The translations under genes and the position numbers were made by a program. Positions 1 to 8,414 of a DNA stretch of 44,347 nt are shown one piece after another. The number at the start of each line of letters is the position of its first letter. Positions within the stretch are counted from its first letter, which is position 1. Under the pieces are notes generated by a model. That model was not told where the DNA came from, did not search any database, and was given only the letters and a program-made list of their open reading frames with translations. The DNA is taken from IMG/VR virus record IMGVR_UViG_2627853983_000003. One strand, written 5' to 3'. Origin of the DNA: a virus (taxonomy: Duplodnaviria; Heunggongvirae; Uroviricota; Caudoviricetes).

Positions 1-59
1 GAGTTCTCGTAAACCGAGGTTTTAGATAATGGCGGTTTCTGGCCTGCATGGCATGATTT

Positions 60-266
60 GTGCTTTTGGACGGGAGATTCAGCGTGCTGATTGGCTATGT
101 AAGGGTATCAACAAATGACCAGAATACAGATCTGCAACGAAACGCTCTTGTTTGTGCAGGATATGAACAAATATTTGAAGATAAATTAAGCGGAACAAGG
201 ACAGGCCGACCTGGATTAAAACGTGCTTTAAAGCGCCTTCAAAAAGGTGACGCACTGGTTGTCTGA
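60..266 (+). pseudogene. pin-like serine recombinase (DNA invertase) N-terminal fragment, truncated after 68 codons
   Basis: Seen: translation GYVRVSTNDQNTDLQRNALV...KRALKRLQKGD matches the catalytic N-terminus of Pin/Hin-type invertases and ends at a stop where these proteins continue. The following ~400 bp read like decayed invertase sequence in shifted frames. No search run. Confidence 0.55.
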
Positions 267-791
267 AAACTGGACTGACTGGTTCACTGTATGCGGCATC
301 TTGTCGTGCTGGTGGTGGAAGCCTAGAAAAAGTATCGGGTGTTACTGAACCGTGTTGATACATCAACTGCACCTGATATTGAGTGGCCTGCAAATCCTGT
401 CAGGGAGTAATCATTGGGATTATGCCGCAGACACGTCGTATGCAGGAACGTGCTGCGGTTAGTTTGTGAGCTTTCGATAGTGGTTGTTATTTTTGCCCTT
501 ATTTGTTCCGGAGGCCATGGTTCAATGGTCCGTCTGCCCCCTGTGGTGATGTCAGCAAAATCAGCCACTGCGCGAACCACAATAGCCCGGGAAGATGCTG
601 AAGATCACCAGGTAAAGCTGTCAGCGCAGAAACTGGAAGAACTGCTCGCATCAATGGTTAAGGATGAGGTTGATCGCAATGATGGGATTTATTGACGTCA
701 GCGAGAGCAGAAGGAAGAACTGAATAACCTGAATGATTTACGCTCAATCAGAGCGATGGCGATTAGCGGCAATCACGCTCGATAAAATTAA

Positions 792-814
792 CCCCGGTGA
801 TCATCCGGGGTTTT
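792..814. terminator. Putative bidirectional intrinsic terminator between the pin remnant and the rha-like gene
   Basis: Seen: inverted repeat CCCCGGTGATCATCCGGGG followed by TTTT on the + strand and flanked by an A/T run on the other side; sits just 3' of the minus-strand gene ending at 822. Confidence 0.4.
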
Positions 815-821
815 GCATTCA

Positions 822-1379
822 TTAAAACCGCATCAACCTTTCCACCAATTGTTCTTTACGGGCAACGATCCACCCATGTTGCTCCAGATAAAATTTAAAC
901 CGTTCCAGCGTGCATACCATCGCATCGGCGGGGACTTTTTCTGTGAACTCGACCTGACCGTGTTTATCGAAGTGGATCAGTAATGCGCATCCATTATTTG
1001 GGGCGGGGGAGTTTTGTGCTGCAGGAGGACGTTTGTGGAGTTCTTCTTCCATTGCGTTAAATTTTTCAATGTAAGCTTCTTTTAGTCTGGCTGCTTTTTT
1101 GCCAGTAAATCCCATTACGAGGAACATGAAGCCGTCTTTTGTGATCAGGTAGCATCGTGATTCACGTTCTGCGCCGTTGCCAATTTCGACAGTCTGAACA
1201 TCGGCCGAAAAGTTGGCTGATGTAAATTCGGGAGAGCAGTCGAGTGTGTCAATCTTAGCTAAAACGTGTTTATGTTGTTTATCGAAGTAGTCGGCAACAG
1301 CTTGAGAGGTGGTAACCAGGCGACCATCTTTGAAAAAGACTTTTGGTGACTCGTTAGAAAAAGTTATAGCTGTATTCAT
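822..1379 (-). CDS. Rha-family phage regulatory protein
   Basis: Seen: N-terminal region LVTTSQAVADYFDKQHKHVLAKIDTL...ITKDGFMFLVMGFTGKKAARLKEAYIEKFNAMEEEL has the Rha-domain pattern. ATG at 1379 (MNTAITF) is preceded by a GGAG Shine-Dalgarno; the ORF-track start at 1394 is a TTG. Confidence 0.55.
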   Translation of the reverse strand: MNTAITFSNESPKVFFKDGRLVTTSQAVADYFDKQHKHVLAKIDTLDCSPEFTSANFSADVQTVEIGNGAERESRCYLITKDGFMFLVMGFTGKKAARLKEAYIEKFNAMEEELHKRPPAAQNSPAPNNGCALLIHFDKHGQVEFTEKVPADAMVCTLERFKFYLEQHGWIVARKEQLVERLMRF

Positions 1380-1965
1380 ATGTGATGACTCCAATTAATT
1401 GGATGATCACCACCTCTGACGCCAATCAGGGAGGTGGTGAGACGTACAGGGTTGGCGTAACCGGTCATCACAAAACCCGGCGCGGATTTCTCCGCCCCTG
1501 CACGCCCCACCATAATGCGAATGTGGCAATGCTTAACGCAAAAAAAACCGCAAACGCGGCTATGCGTTGTGATGTTATCCGAGACGCCAATCCCGACAAC
1601 CGATTTTGCGGTTGTGTGAGGAATATAGCCCCGGAGAACAAAAACTGTCAACGGGCAAAAAAATTTCCGTTATCAGGAATGTATAAAATTAAAGCGATCG
1701 AGCAAAAAATCCTTTCTGCAAAACTAAAAAAGATTTCAATAAAATCAGGCAGTTAAAAACACGGAAAAACGGTATAAAAAAGCGCCTCAAATCCTGTTTT
1801 TTCTTTCAGATACAATGTCTTATTGCATTTTTTAAAACATGTCGGTCTGGTACATGGATATCGATACCACGGCTAAGTACAAATCTGGTGTTACTACCGT
1901 AAAAGACTCGGTACGACTGGATCCGTGGGTGTTTATGTTCTCCGCAGGATATCGTTTTTAATTTT

Positions 1966-2000
1966 CTCTGCAAAACCTCTGCAAAACCCCTCTGCAAAAC
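1966..2000. repeat. Three tandem 11-bp direct repeats CTCTGCAAAAC just 3' of int; candidate integrase arm-type sites within the att region
   Basis: Seen: CTCTGCAAAAC at 1966-1976, 1977-1987 and 1990-2000, with a fourth partial copy TCTGCAAAAC near 1715-1724. Inference: their position next to int suggests arm-type Int binding sites; the core site and exact prophage end cannot be fixed without the empty-site sequence. Confidence 0.35.
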
Positions 2001-2025
2001 TGGTCATCAAATGACCAGTTTTTTC
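2000..2025. terminator. Hairpin plus T-run overlapping the int stop codon (putative terminator)
   Basis: Seen: perfect 8-bp inverted repeat CTGGTCAT-caa-ATGACCAG followed by TTTTTT; the int stop codon lies inside the stem. Confidence 0.4.
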
Positions 2026-3137
2026 CATTCCTTACCGCGTGCGTCGTTGTAAATATCGGTCATTTTTTGATTCGAATGGCCCAGCAAAATTTTGGTATCA
2101 ACCCCCTGCTCTCTGAACAATCGCTCTGATAAAGATCTCTGCTCATGGAAAGAGGGTGGGGTGCCATTAGCACGCCAGTTGTAATCCACAGAATCCCGGG
2201 CTTTTTTAAATGCAACGGTTAATGTTGCTGGCTTAACCATCCCGCCGCGCTTAGCTGTCCCTTTCGCGTGATGGTGGTGCAATAGCCACGGACTAAGAAC
2301 GCAATCGCGGCAGGATGACACCACATCATCTAGGGTGAGATTTAATTTATCGCAACGCAGAGCCAGAGGGATGGCAATCCGGGTTCCTGTTTTTTGCTGT
2401 TCGACATGAAGATAACCATCCCGGATATCCGAAAATTGCATTTTGCAAATATCTGAAAGGCGCTGGCCTGTCATCAGTGCCAGCAGCATACCGCGCTGTA
2501 AAAAGTAACCATCCTTTTCCGCTGCGTTATAAATCATCATCCACTCATCAAAAGTCAGTCGCTGTCTTGATATCCGCACCTGCGGTTTTTTTGCCGATTC
2601 TGCAGGGTTAAAGCCTGGCGGGACATCGCCCGTTTGCTGAGCTTCCCGGAAAACATCGATCAGTACCTTCCTGAAAATTTGTCCCATTCTGTTATGTCCT
2701 CTGGCCTTGTACTCTTCCAGTACTGATACCACATCTTTTACGGTTATGGCATCTAACGGTCTGGTGCCAAAACGTTCATCAAATACCCTGAGAGGGGCCG
2801 CTTTCTGTTTCAGCGTGTTGAGTTTGATCTCGCCGTTTTCATATCTTTCCTGTTGAATTTTTCTGTAATTATTCAGAAAAATGGTAACGGTTGATGAACC
2901 GCCGGTATCACTAATAATTTTCTCCTGCAGACTGAGCATTTGTTCCATTTGCTGCCGGGCAAGACGGCTGTTCGCTTCTGCTGCAATAGTTTCTGCCAGT
3001 TTCTGGTCAATACTGCCGAGACCGTGATTTTTGCCTGTTATGGGATGCCTGTAACGCCAGTAAACTTTGTTATTTCTTTTGTCAAAATACGGAGATAATC
3101 CCGGAACATTGGTTTTATATTTTCGCGGGCGCGCCAT
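2007..3137 (-). CDS. int: Phage integrase, tyrosine recombinase (lambda Int family)
   Basis: Seen: 376 aa with lambda-Int-like layout and C-terminal catalytic region (DGYLHVEQQKTGTRIAIPLAL...PPSFHEQRSLSERL...LLGHSNQKMTDIYNDARGKEWKKLVI). Overlapped at its 5' end by a small excisionase-like gene. Confidence 0.9.
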   Translation of the reverse strand: MARPRKYKTNVPGLSPYFDKRNNKVYWRYRHPITGKNHGLGSIDQKLAETIAAEANSRLARQQMEQMLSLQEKIISDTGGSSTVTIFLNNYRKIQQERYENGEIKLNTLKQKAAPLRVFDERFGTRPLDAITVKDVVSVLEEYKARGHNRMGQIFRKVLIDVFREAQQTGDVPPGFNPAESAKKPQVRISRQRLTFDEWMMIYNAAEKDGYFLQRGMLLALMTGQRLSDICKMQFSDIRDGYLHVEQQKTGTRIAIPLALRCDKLNLTLDDVVSSCRDCVLSPWLLHHHHAKGTAKRGGMVKPATLTVAFKKARDSVDYNWRANGTPPSFHEQRSLSERLFREQGVDTKILLGHSNQKMTDIYNDARGKEWKKLVI

Positions 3138-3363
3138 CTTCCAGTATCCTCTTCAAAGCAGGGTGATCTGTGGCGATCACCTCCGGCTTGTTTACCATTC
3201 CGACAAAGCGAGCTTGCGGATCCACTCGCCAGCGTCTTCCAACTTTTTTGGGGAGAGGAAATATCATTCCGGCTTTAGCGTATTTACTTAACGTACTCGG
3301 AGTTGGGACCGGTTCACTGAATTCCTCTTTTGCCCACTCAGTGAGCAGAATAAGTCTTGCCAT
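3115..3363 (-). CDS. xis: Excisionase (Xis-like)
   Basis: Seen: 82-aa basic protein directly upstream of int and overlapping its start by 23 nt; motif EWAK...AGMIFPLPKKVGRRWRVDPQA is typical of excisionase/Xis winged-helix proteins. Confidence 0.7.
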   Translation of the reverse strand: MARLILLTEWAKEEFSEPVPTPSTLSKYAKAGMIFPLPKKVGRRWRVDPQARFVGMVNKPEVIATDHPALKRILEDGAPAKI

Positions 3364-3427
3364 GAGCGTCGTTCGCTAATCATGGTCGCCGCCACTATAG
3401 CTGGTGGGCAACGACCGGGGTTGAACA

Positions 3428-5899
3428 TTAAAAATCAGCCTGATTCGGGATCAGTTTTTGCCAGATAACTGAAACGTATTTTGCCTGGTAACGGGCGTCA
3501 TCAAGTGCATTATGGCGCTCACCTTCGAATGGAATAGCCGTTCTGGCATCGAAGTCTATGGCTTTCCCCAGCTCAACGATTGTGCGTACATCGCGATCGT
3601 TGTAGTAACGCCATGGGCAGGGGATCCCCTGCCGTTCGTATGAACGGCGCAAAATCGTGTTTTCGAAGTTGGCTCCATTTCCCCAGACCTGAACAAAAAA
3701 TTCACCGGAGTTTTCGTCGATAAATTCCCGCAATTGTAACAGTGCATCATCTAACGGGATTTCATCGGTCATAATGGCAGACTGCGCTTCACGTGATTGC
3801 TTCAGCCACCTTTTAATGACGTCACGATCAATGACTCCGCCAGCAGTTTCCAGATCGATAGTCTTACTAAATTCCGGTCCCATATCTCCGGTTTGCGGAT
3901 CGAAAAATATTGCATCTATTGAGATAATCGGGGCATCAGGATTTTTTCCCATGGTTTCAAGGTCAATCATCAGATGGTGCCACAACCTGCTGGTGGATGT
4001 GCTTTTACGATGACTGTTCACCTTAATTAAGGGATTTGCTGTCTCGCCTATTTCATTATTGTCATTGGCATGTTGATCGCCTTCGGTGCACTCCTTGTTC
4101 GGGAGTCCGGCATTTTCTATTTCCTCTGGATCTTTTTCCCGGGCTTCATCCTGGCTTTCTTCGTTGAATGTCTCCTGGTAGGTTGCGTCACCCATCACTG
4201 CGCCACAATCAGGGCAGTTACCACCACCAGTCTGATTGCATGCGGTACAAACTTTTTCCTCTTCCTGTTGCACGACTGGTTCAGGTTGTTTCGTTTCTGG
4301 CTCGTTTTGTAACGCATTTTGGCTGTTTTGTTCCGCTTTTTGGTCGTACTGTTCCGTTTCTGACTGGTTCTGGTGCACAGAATCGCGGGTTTCAATCCCC
4401 TTCACCCATTTCGGATCATTCGGGTCGCTAATCCCTTCAACAAATTCACCACGTGATGCAGCGAGCAACTTATTAGCGTCAGGCTGGCTGATACTGGCTG
4501 CCTGCATAATTTTGTTTACTTCGTCAGCGGTAACTTTTACCAGGTCTGGTTGTGCGGTCGTGTCAGATGCATCAGTATTTTGTTGTGAACCTGTGTATGT
4601 GCCGTTTTTGCGGGCAAAATATTCTTCTTTCGTGATTTCAGTTGCCCCGGCAGCCAGCGCCTTATCCAGACCAGAAAGTTTGTTTGCGCGACCGTATTTT
4701 TCGCCATCCTTGTCGGTGAAGAGGAAGTAGAACGGCCCCTCACGCTCTACAGATGGTTCGACTTCCACTTTGCATTCGGTTTTTTCGTTGTCCGGAATTG
4801 CCGTTTCCACTGCATCAGTTTCTGGTACTGGCGACGAGAGAGTATCAGTTGCGCTCTGATTTCTTCCTTCATCTTCAAACACGCCCTTTGTAGTCAGGTA
4901 TTCAGTAATGTATTTGTTCAGTGCCACAGGGTCTTTGTGAATGTCGATCGGACGTTCACGGACAAGGCCAAAAATAGTCTGGCGGTCGTAGCGAAGGGCA
5001 TCAGGCTGTTTGCGCATTGATGCCGAGATACGCTTCCAGTCTTCGCGGTCGTTGTCGATAACTTCATTTTTTGCCCAGCGATGGATGCTGCCGTCAATGT
5101 TTCCGGCATCCACATCACCAGGCCAGAGAGCGTAGGCCAGTTCGTCATCCAGTGTTTTCCATGTCTGCTTGTATTCGCGATGAATGGCAGCAATGACCGG
5201 GCTGATTTTTCCTGTTGAATTTTCAGTGTACTGTTGATTGGCTCTGGCGCGGGCGAGATCAACAACAGACGTGTATTTTCCGGTTTCCTTGCGTTCACCT
5301 TCACGACGTTTTTTCCAGATGCGCATCTCTGCCTGAATTTCGGGCCATTTGGCACCAGGCTTACATTTATGCTTAACCCACCCGATGGCATGCAGCTTAA
5401 GCTCCGGATACATGGCGTTAACTTCTGGCATTTTCATCAACGCTTCAACGATATGTCCGTCGAATGTTGCCATGTCTTCCTGCAACAATTCCTGTGCGCT
5501 AATAACCATATCAACGGTGATGTTTTCACATGTGTCGAACTTAACCATGACAGCGTTCTGTACTTCAGGGGCCAGCTTGTCAAAAGTGACGTTCATCGGA
5601 TCGGATTCAGTCTCAACCGGGACAAAGGAAGCAGACTCCTCATCCCAGCGGTTTTCCTGCATATATTCAGCATCCCAGGAATCGAGGGCAGGGCGGGGTA
5701 TACCGGGTTTATCCTCGCAGACAAGAAATTTATAAGCGCAGTCCTGAGCAGCCGGATAATGTTCCAGGAATTGCCAGTGAAATTTTGCGCGGGCGCGACG
5801 TTCATCACCGGCTTCAATGGCAGTGGCTACAGCGACGGCACCTTCTTCCTTTATTGCCTGTTCGTCCGGAATGGCGGCGCAAATAAAGACTTTACTCAT
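3428..5899 (-). CDS. Large phage exonuclease with C-terminal DnaQ-like (DEDDh) 3'-5' exonuclease domain; intact counterpart of the K-12 ydfE fragment
   Basis: Seen: 823 aa. C-terminal ~180 aa carry DEDDh motifs (MIDLETMG; WGNGANFENTILRR; HNALDDARYQAKY). The central region is acidic and Q-rich with a Cys4 ribbon (CTACNQTGGGNCPDCG). Sits immediately before xis/int, where lambdoid phages encode recombination nucleases. Confidence 0.7.
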   Translation of the reverse strand: MSKVFICAAIPDEQAIKEEGAVAVATAIEAGDERRARAKFHWQFLEHYPAAQDCAYKFLVCEDKPGIPRPALDSWDAEYMQENRWDEESASFVPVETESDPMNVTFDKLAPEVQNAVMVKFDTCENITVDMVISAQELLQEDMATFDGHIVEALMKMPEVNAMYPELKLHAIGWVKHKCKPGAKWPEIQAEMRIWKKRREGERKETGKYTSVVDLARARANQQYTENSTGKISPVIAAIHREYKQTWKTLDDELAYALWPGDVDAGNIDGSIHRWAKNEVIDNDREDWKRISASMRKQPDALRYDRQTIFGLVRERPIDIHKDPVALNKYITEYLTTKGVFEDEGRNQSATDTLSSPVPETDAVETAIPDNEKTECKVEVEPSVEREGPFYFLFTDKDGEKYGRANKLSGLDKALAAGATEITKEEYFARKNGTYTGSQQNTDASDTTAQPDLVKVTADEVNKIMQAASISQPDANKLLAASRGEFVEGISDPNDPKWVKGIETRDSVHQNQSETEQYDQKAEQNSQNALQNEPETKQPEPVVQQEEEKVCTACNQTGGGNCPDCGAVMGDATYQETFNEESQDEAREKDPEEIENAGLPNKECTEGDQHANDNNEIGETANPLIKVNSHRKSTSTSRLWHHLMIDLETMGKNPDAPIISIDAIFFDPQTGDMGPEFSKTIDLETAGGVIDRDVIKRWLKQSREAQSAIMTDEIPLDDALLQLREFIDENSGEFFVQVWGNGANFENTILRRSYERQGIPCPWRYYNDRDVRTIVELGKAIDFDARTAIPFEGERHNALDDARYQAKYVSVIWQKLIPNQADF

Positions 5900-5991
5900 T
5901 TTGTTTTACCTCATTACAGATTTAAGGGTGAACAAATCCCTGCCATTGCTGGCATATAAGAATGAAACCGGATATTTATTACGGAACTGTT

Positions 5992-6183
5992 TTAAAGACC
6001 TGCCGGGATTTCGTTATTATCCTGGTGAATAACTTTATCGACCGGGTAACAGTTACCGGGAATTTTCTGTTCGGTTGCTGCAGTCACACACTCCTGCATT
6101 GTCCTGTGAACACTGACTGCAATATCAACTGGCTCTCCGGAAACAAGAAAAACTGTCAGAACAAGTGCAAATGCTGTATTCAT
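5992..6183 (-). CDS. ydfD: YdfD-like small protein (63 aa) with N-terminal hydrophobic segment
   Basis: Seen: MNTAFALVLTVFLVSGEPVDIAVSVHRTMQECVTAATEQKIPGNCYPVDKVIHQDNNEIPAGL; AGGA Shine-Dalgarno before the ATG at 6183, which overlaps the dicB stop (ATGA coupling). Established: same size and position as K-12 Qin ydfD, the last gene of the dicB operon. Identity is from memory, no alignment run. Confidence 0.6.
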   Translation of the reverse strand: MNTAFALVLTVFLVSGEPVDIAVSVHRTMQECVTAATEQKIPGNCYPVDKVIHQDNNEIPAGL

Positions 6184-6368
6184 TGCCAGCATCCTTTTTG
6201 TATCGGACGTAAACGGGCCAGCATTGAAAGAATGCATATTTTATTTAATAGCTCCCGTTCGTGTTTTCTCTTGTTAATGGCATCTTCAGTAAATACAGGG
6301 TTACTGATATTGACACCAATTTCAAAACAACCTTCAGACGTATTAACGTTTGGTAATAACGTTTCCAT
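6180..6368 (-). CDS. dicB: DicB-like cell-division inhibitor (62 aa)
   Basis: Seen: METLLPNVNTSEGCFEIGVNISNPVFTEDAINKRKHERELLNKICILSMLARLRPIQKGCWQ; GAGGA Shine-Dalgarno 9 nt upstream of the ATG at 6368. Established: DicB is 62 aa and follows dicF in the Qin dicB operon. Identity is from memory. Confidence 0.7.
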   Translation of the reverse strand: METLLPNVNTSEGCFEIGVNISNPVFTEDAINKRKHERELLNKICILSMLARLRPIQKGCWQ

Positions 6369-6537
6369 TATCGCGTCCTCAACAATGAATTTTGTGATGC
6401 GGTGCCTGGTGCCTCCAGGTGACGTTAACCAGTTAACAATTAACGCCGGATACAGAGAATCCACCCATAACACTGTTTTTGGTTTTAACTGTTCCGCGTG
6501 CGCTCAGCCGCATTCACCACATCACAAAATTCACTTT

Positions 6538-6595
6538 AAAAAGGGCGGCAGAGCAGTCACGGAGTAAAACTGATACCGCCAAACGTCACCAGAAA
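6538..6595 (-). ncRNA. dicF: DicF small RNA (ftsZ-targeting, Hfq-dependent), processed from the dicB-operon transcript
   Basis: Seen: minus strand reads TTTCTGGTGACGTTTGGCGGTATCAGTTTTACTCCGTGACTGCTCTGCCGCCCTTTTT, ending in a GC stem plus U-run. This matches my recollection of E. coli DicF and sits in the ~460-bp ORF-free, hairpin-rich gap between ydfC and dicB. Ends approximate because DicF is cut from a precursor. Confidence 0.7.
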
Positions 6596-6933
6596 ATTGA
6601 TAACAGAGGGCGTTGCAGCGGAGTTGTCACTTAAGCGTATGGTCAACCTGACAACCCGGTGTCCTCAACGGAGGAAGGAATAACCCCGCCATACTTACCG
6701 CCGCGCCATTTCGCGGAGTGCCACAACCGGAAGCGCACGGTCGAACTAAATTTAACGACACCGTACAGAGAGACCAATTTCGCCGTGCGCTTTCGCTTTA
6801 TGCCCTGACTTTTCAGGGACATATCCTTTCAGTAAACTGTCAGTGCCGGATGTTCACCCGTGTCCGGCGCACGCACTCCACCTGACCCGTGGAGAACTCC
6901 TTAATTACCAACCTTAGCTTCGTTGGTTAGCTA

Positions 6934-7152
6934 TTAACGCGGGTATGTAACCATTCTGGCAATGCTTAATGCCGCTGCTTTTTCCAGCCTGGTGATATCC
7001 TGCTCCAGAGCGGACAGATTTTCAGCCTGCTTAGTCCTGGCTTCATTGGCCCATTTCAGATCCTGCGCTGCATTAATTTTCTGGCGCATCCACTCATAAA
7101 GTTCATCATCGGTATAGTCTGGCGCGATGATGACGGGTTCTCGTTTCTGCAT
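6934..7152 (-). CDS. ydfC: YdfC-like protein (72 aa), dicB operon
   Basis: Seen: 72-aa ORF MQKREPVIIAPDYTDDELYEWMRQKINAAQDLKWANEARTKQAENLSALEQDITRLEKAAALSIARMVTYPR, third gene of the leftward operon. Size and order match K-12 ydfC (from memory). Confidence 0.55.
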   Translation of the reverse strand: MQKREPVIIAPDYTDDELYEWMRQKINAAQDLKWANEARTKQAENLSALEQDITRLEKAAALSIARMVTYPR

Positions 7153-7181
7153 ACTGATTCCTCGCGGTGCTGCTTCGCTTA

Positions 7182-7310
7182 TCAGCCGTTAGATTTTGCC
7201 GAGCTGGAAAGCGCCTGTTTAAACTCACTGAAGCTGAGAGCTTCTTCGCCTTCGGCAAGGCCTTCGAAGTATTCTTCGTAAGCCTTTTCCATGATTGTGT
7301 CGAAATCCAT
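7182..7310 (-). CDS. ydfB: YdfB-like acidic mini-protein (42 aa), dicB operon
   Basis: Seen: hand-translated ORF MDFDTIMEKAYEEYFEGLAEGEEALSFSEFKQALSSSAKSNG, below the 60-aa cutoff of the ORF track. Its ATG lies 1 nt after the upstream gene's stop. Size and position match K-12 ydfB (from memory). Confidence 0.5.
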   Translation of the reverse strand: MDFDTIMEKAYEEYFEGLAEGEEALSFSEFKQALSSSAKSNG

Positions 7311-7311
7311 A

Positions 7312-7467
7312 TCACTCACCTGAGTTTCTTTCCAGCCAGCGACGGGCACCATTTTCGGTTTTAAACGTTTTGCTTTTGGTATACGTCATTGCGGTGAACG
7401 TGCCGTCCTGGTTGGGGAACACGCCACATACCAGAGATTCGCTGTTGCCAAGATCGATAGTATCCAT
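7312..7467 (-). CDS. ydfA: YdfA-like protein (51 aa), first gene of the dicB operon
   Basis: Seen: MDTIDLGNSESLVCGVFPNQDGTFTAMTYTKSKTFKTENGARRWLERNSGE with a GAGGT Shine-Dalgarno 4 nt before the ATG at 7467; the ORF-track start at 7548 is a non-ATG upstream extension. Size and position match K-12 ydfA (from memory). Confidence 0.5.
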   Translation of the reverse strand: MDTIDLGNSESLVCGVFPNQDGTFTAMTYTKSKTFKTENGARRWLERNSGE

Positions 7468-7650
7468 GCTGACCTCATTTCCCCTTAACGCCGGGGGAGC
7501 GGAACAAAAACCTGCTGCATAGTTATTAAAGTTGAACCCTGCCGTCATGTTCTTACGCCTCGGGCTGGCTACTTACCCCCTGACCACTGCTTGGTAACTC
7601 GAAGTATTGCCCGGCGTTCTGTGGGGCGGGGTGGGTTGGTATGTTGTTAA

Positions 7651-7668
7651 GGTAACAAGAGTTACCTT
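7651..7668. promoter_or_regulatory. Operator-like palindrome AGGTAACaagaGTTACCT in the leftward promoter region
   Basis: Seen: 7+7 inverted repeat with 4-bp spacer, same GTAAC-N4-GTTAC core as two sites between the repressor and cro genes. A TTGACT -35-like hexamer on the minus strand lies just upstream. Inference: repressor binding site controlling the dicB operon. Confidence 0.45.
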
Positions 7669-7704
7669 TCGAGTCAATACAATGTTGCAAAAGGTACATT
7701 TGAG

Positions 7705-7737
7705 GGCATAAAAAACCCGCAATGAATGCGGGTTCTG
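7705..7737 (-). terminator. Intrinsic terminator downstream of the repressor gene
   Basis: Seen: minus strand reads AACCCGCATTCATTGCGGGTT followed by TTTTTTAT, immediately 3' of the repressor stop at 7740. Confidence 0.5.
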
Positions 7738-7739
7738 AC

Positions 7740-8414
7740 TCAGTCTAAGTATTGATGTATTTGTGAAACTTTACCTTTAATGGTGTAACCACCATTCAGT
7801 TCGATGGGTTTGTAAAGCGGATTCAGTGACAACAGATAGATGTTTGGTCCGTCAATCGCAACTTTTTTTAGTGTTACGTTTGGCGTTCCTTCCAATTGGA
7901 TTAAGATTATTTTTCCCACCAGTTCTCTAATGTTACTTGAGCATGGTGTGATCAGCACGGTAGATCCGTCGGGGATGGTTGGGAGGCCGTTAGAGTTTGT
8001 CATCGCATCTCCCTCAACATGCAATAAAAAAGAGTTTTCAGCGGTTTTTGTCATGACATCAACCCAGTTCTTAATACCAGGAATCTTGGTTACTGGACAA
8101 CTCATATCCCAATAACCAGCCTGTTCCCACGTTAAAACGGGCAACCGGGCGATGTTGTCACTAATGTAAGGGTACTGATTCAGACGCAGATCATCGGTTT
8201 TATCGTGACCGTCCTTTCCATAAAGAATCCATTCAGGAGATTTGGAAAGCAATTTTGACAGTAGATACAAATTCTCACCGTCAGGTTTTGAAGAGCCATT
8301 TTCCCATTTTGTTACGGATACACGAGATATGCCGATTGCTTTCGCAACCTGCTGTTGGGTTAATCCAACGTCTTTTCGACGATTCCGAATACGTTCGCTG
8401 ATAGTGTTTTTCAT
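7740..8414 (-). CDS. cI-like phage repressor (N-terminal HTH, C-terminal LexA/S24-type autopeptidase domain)
   Basis: Seen: HTH segment GLTQQQVAKAIGISRVSVTKWENG and a C-terminal region with S24-like features. Start set at ATG 8414 (MKNTISERIRNRRKD); alternatives are ATG 8456 or the TTG at 8513 used by the ORF track. Divergent from a cro-like gene. Confidence 0.8.
   Translation of the reverse strand: MKNTISERIRNRRKDVGLTQQQVAKAIGISRVSVTKWENGSSKPDGENLYLLSKLLSKSPEWILYGKDGHDKTDDLRLNQYPYISDNIARLPVLTWEQAGYWDMSCPVTKIPGIKNWVDVMTKTAENSFLLHVEGDAMTNSNGLPTIPDGSTVLITPCSSNIRELVGKIILIQLEGTPNVTLKKVAIDGPNIYLLSLNPLYKPIELNGGYTIKGKVSQIHQYLD

Noticed and set aside
1382-1756. 124-aa plus-strand ORF in the AT-rich segment left of int
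   Set aside because: It starts inside the opposite-strand rha-like gene, has no ribosome-binding site and a low-complexity K/A-rich tail; more likely non-coding att-flanking sequence.
5234-5959. Long antisense or alternative-frame ORFs inside large genes (5234-5959 +; 9721-10569 -; 16688-17194 -; 28197-29090 -; 31309-32331 -; 35811-36518 -; 42067-43800 -)
   Set aside because: Each is embedded in a well-supported gene on the other strand or frame, lacks ribosome-binding sites, and has the Arg/Pro/His-rich composition typical of spurious ORFs in GC-rich coding DNA.
7106-7315. Arginine-rich 69-aa ORF that could be mistaken for an N-like antiterminator
   Set aside because: It lies in a different frame overlapping the ydfB-like and ydfC-like genes and starts without a ribosome-binding site; the arginine richness comes from reading a GC-rich sequence in the wrong frame.
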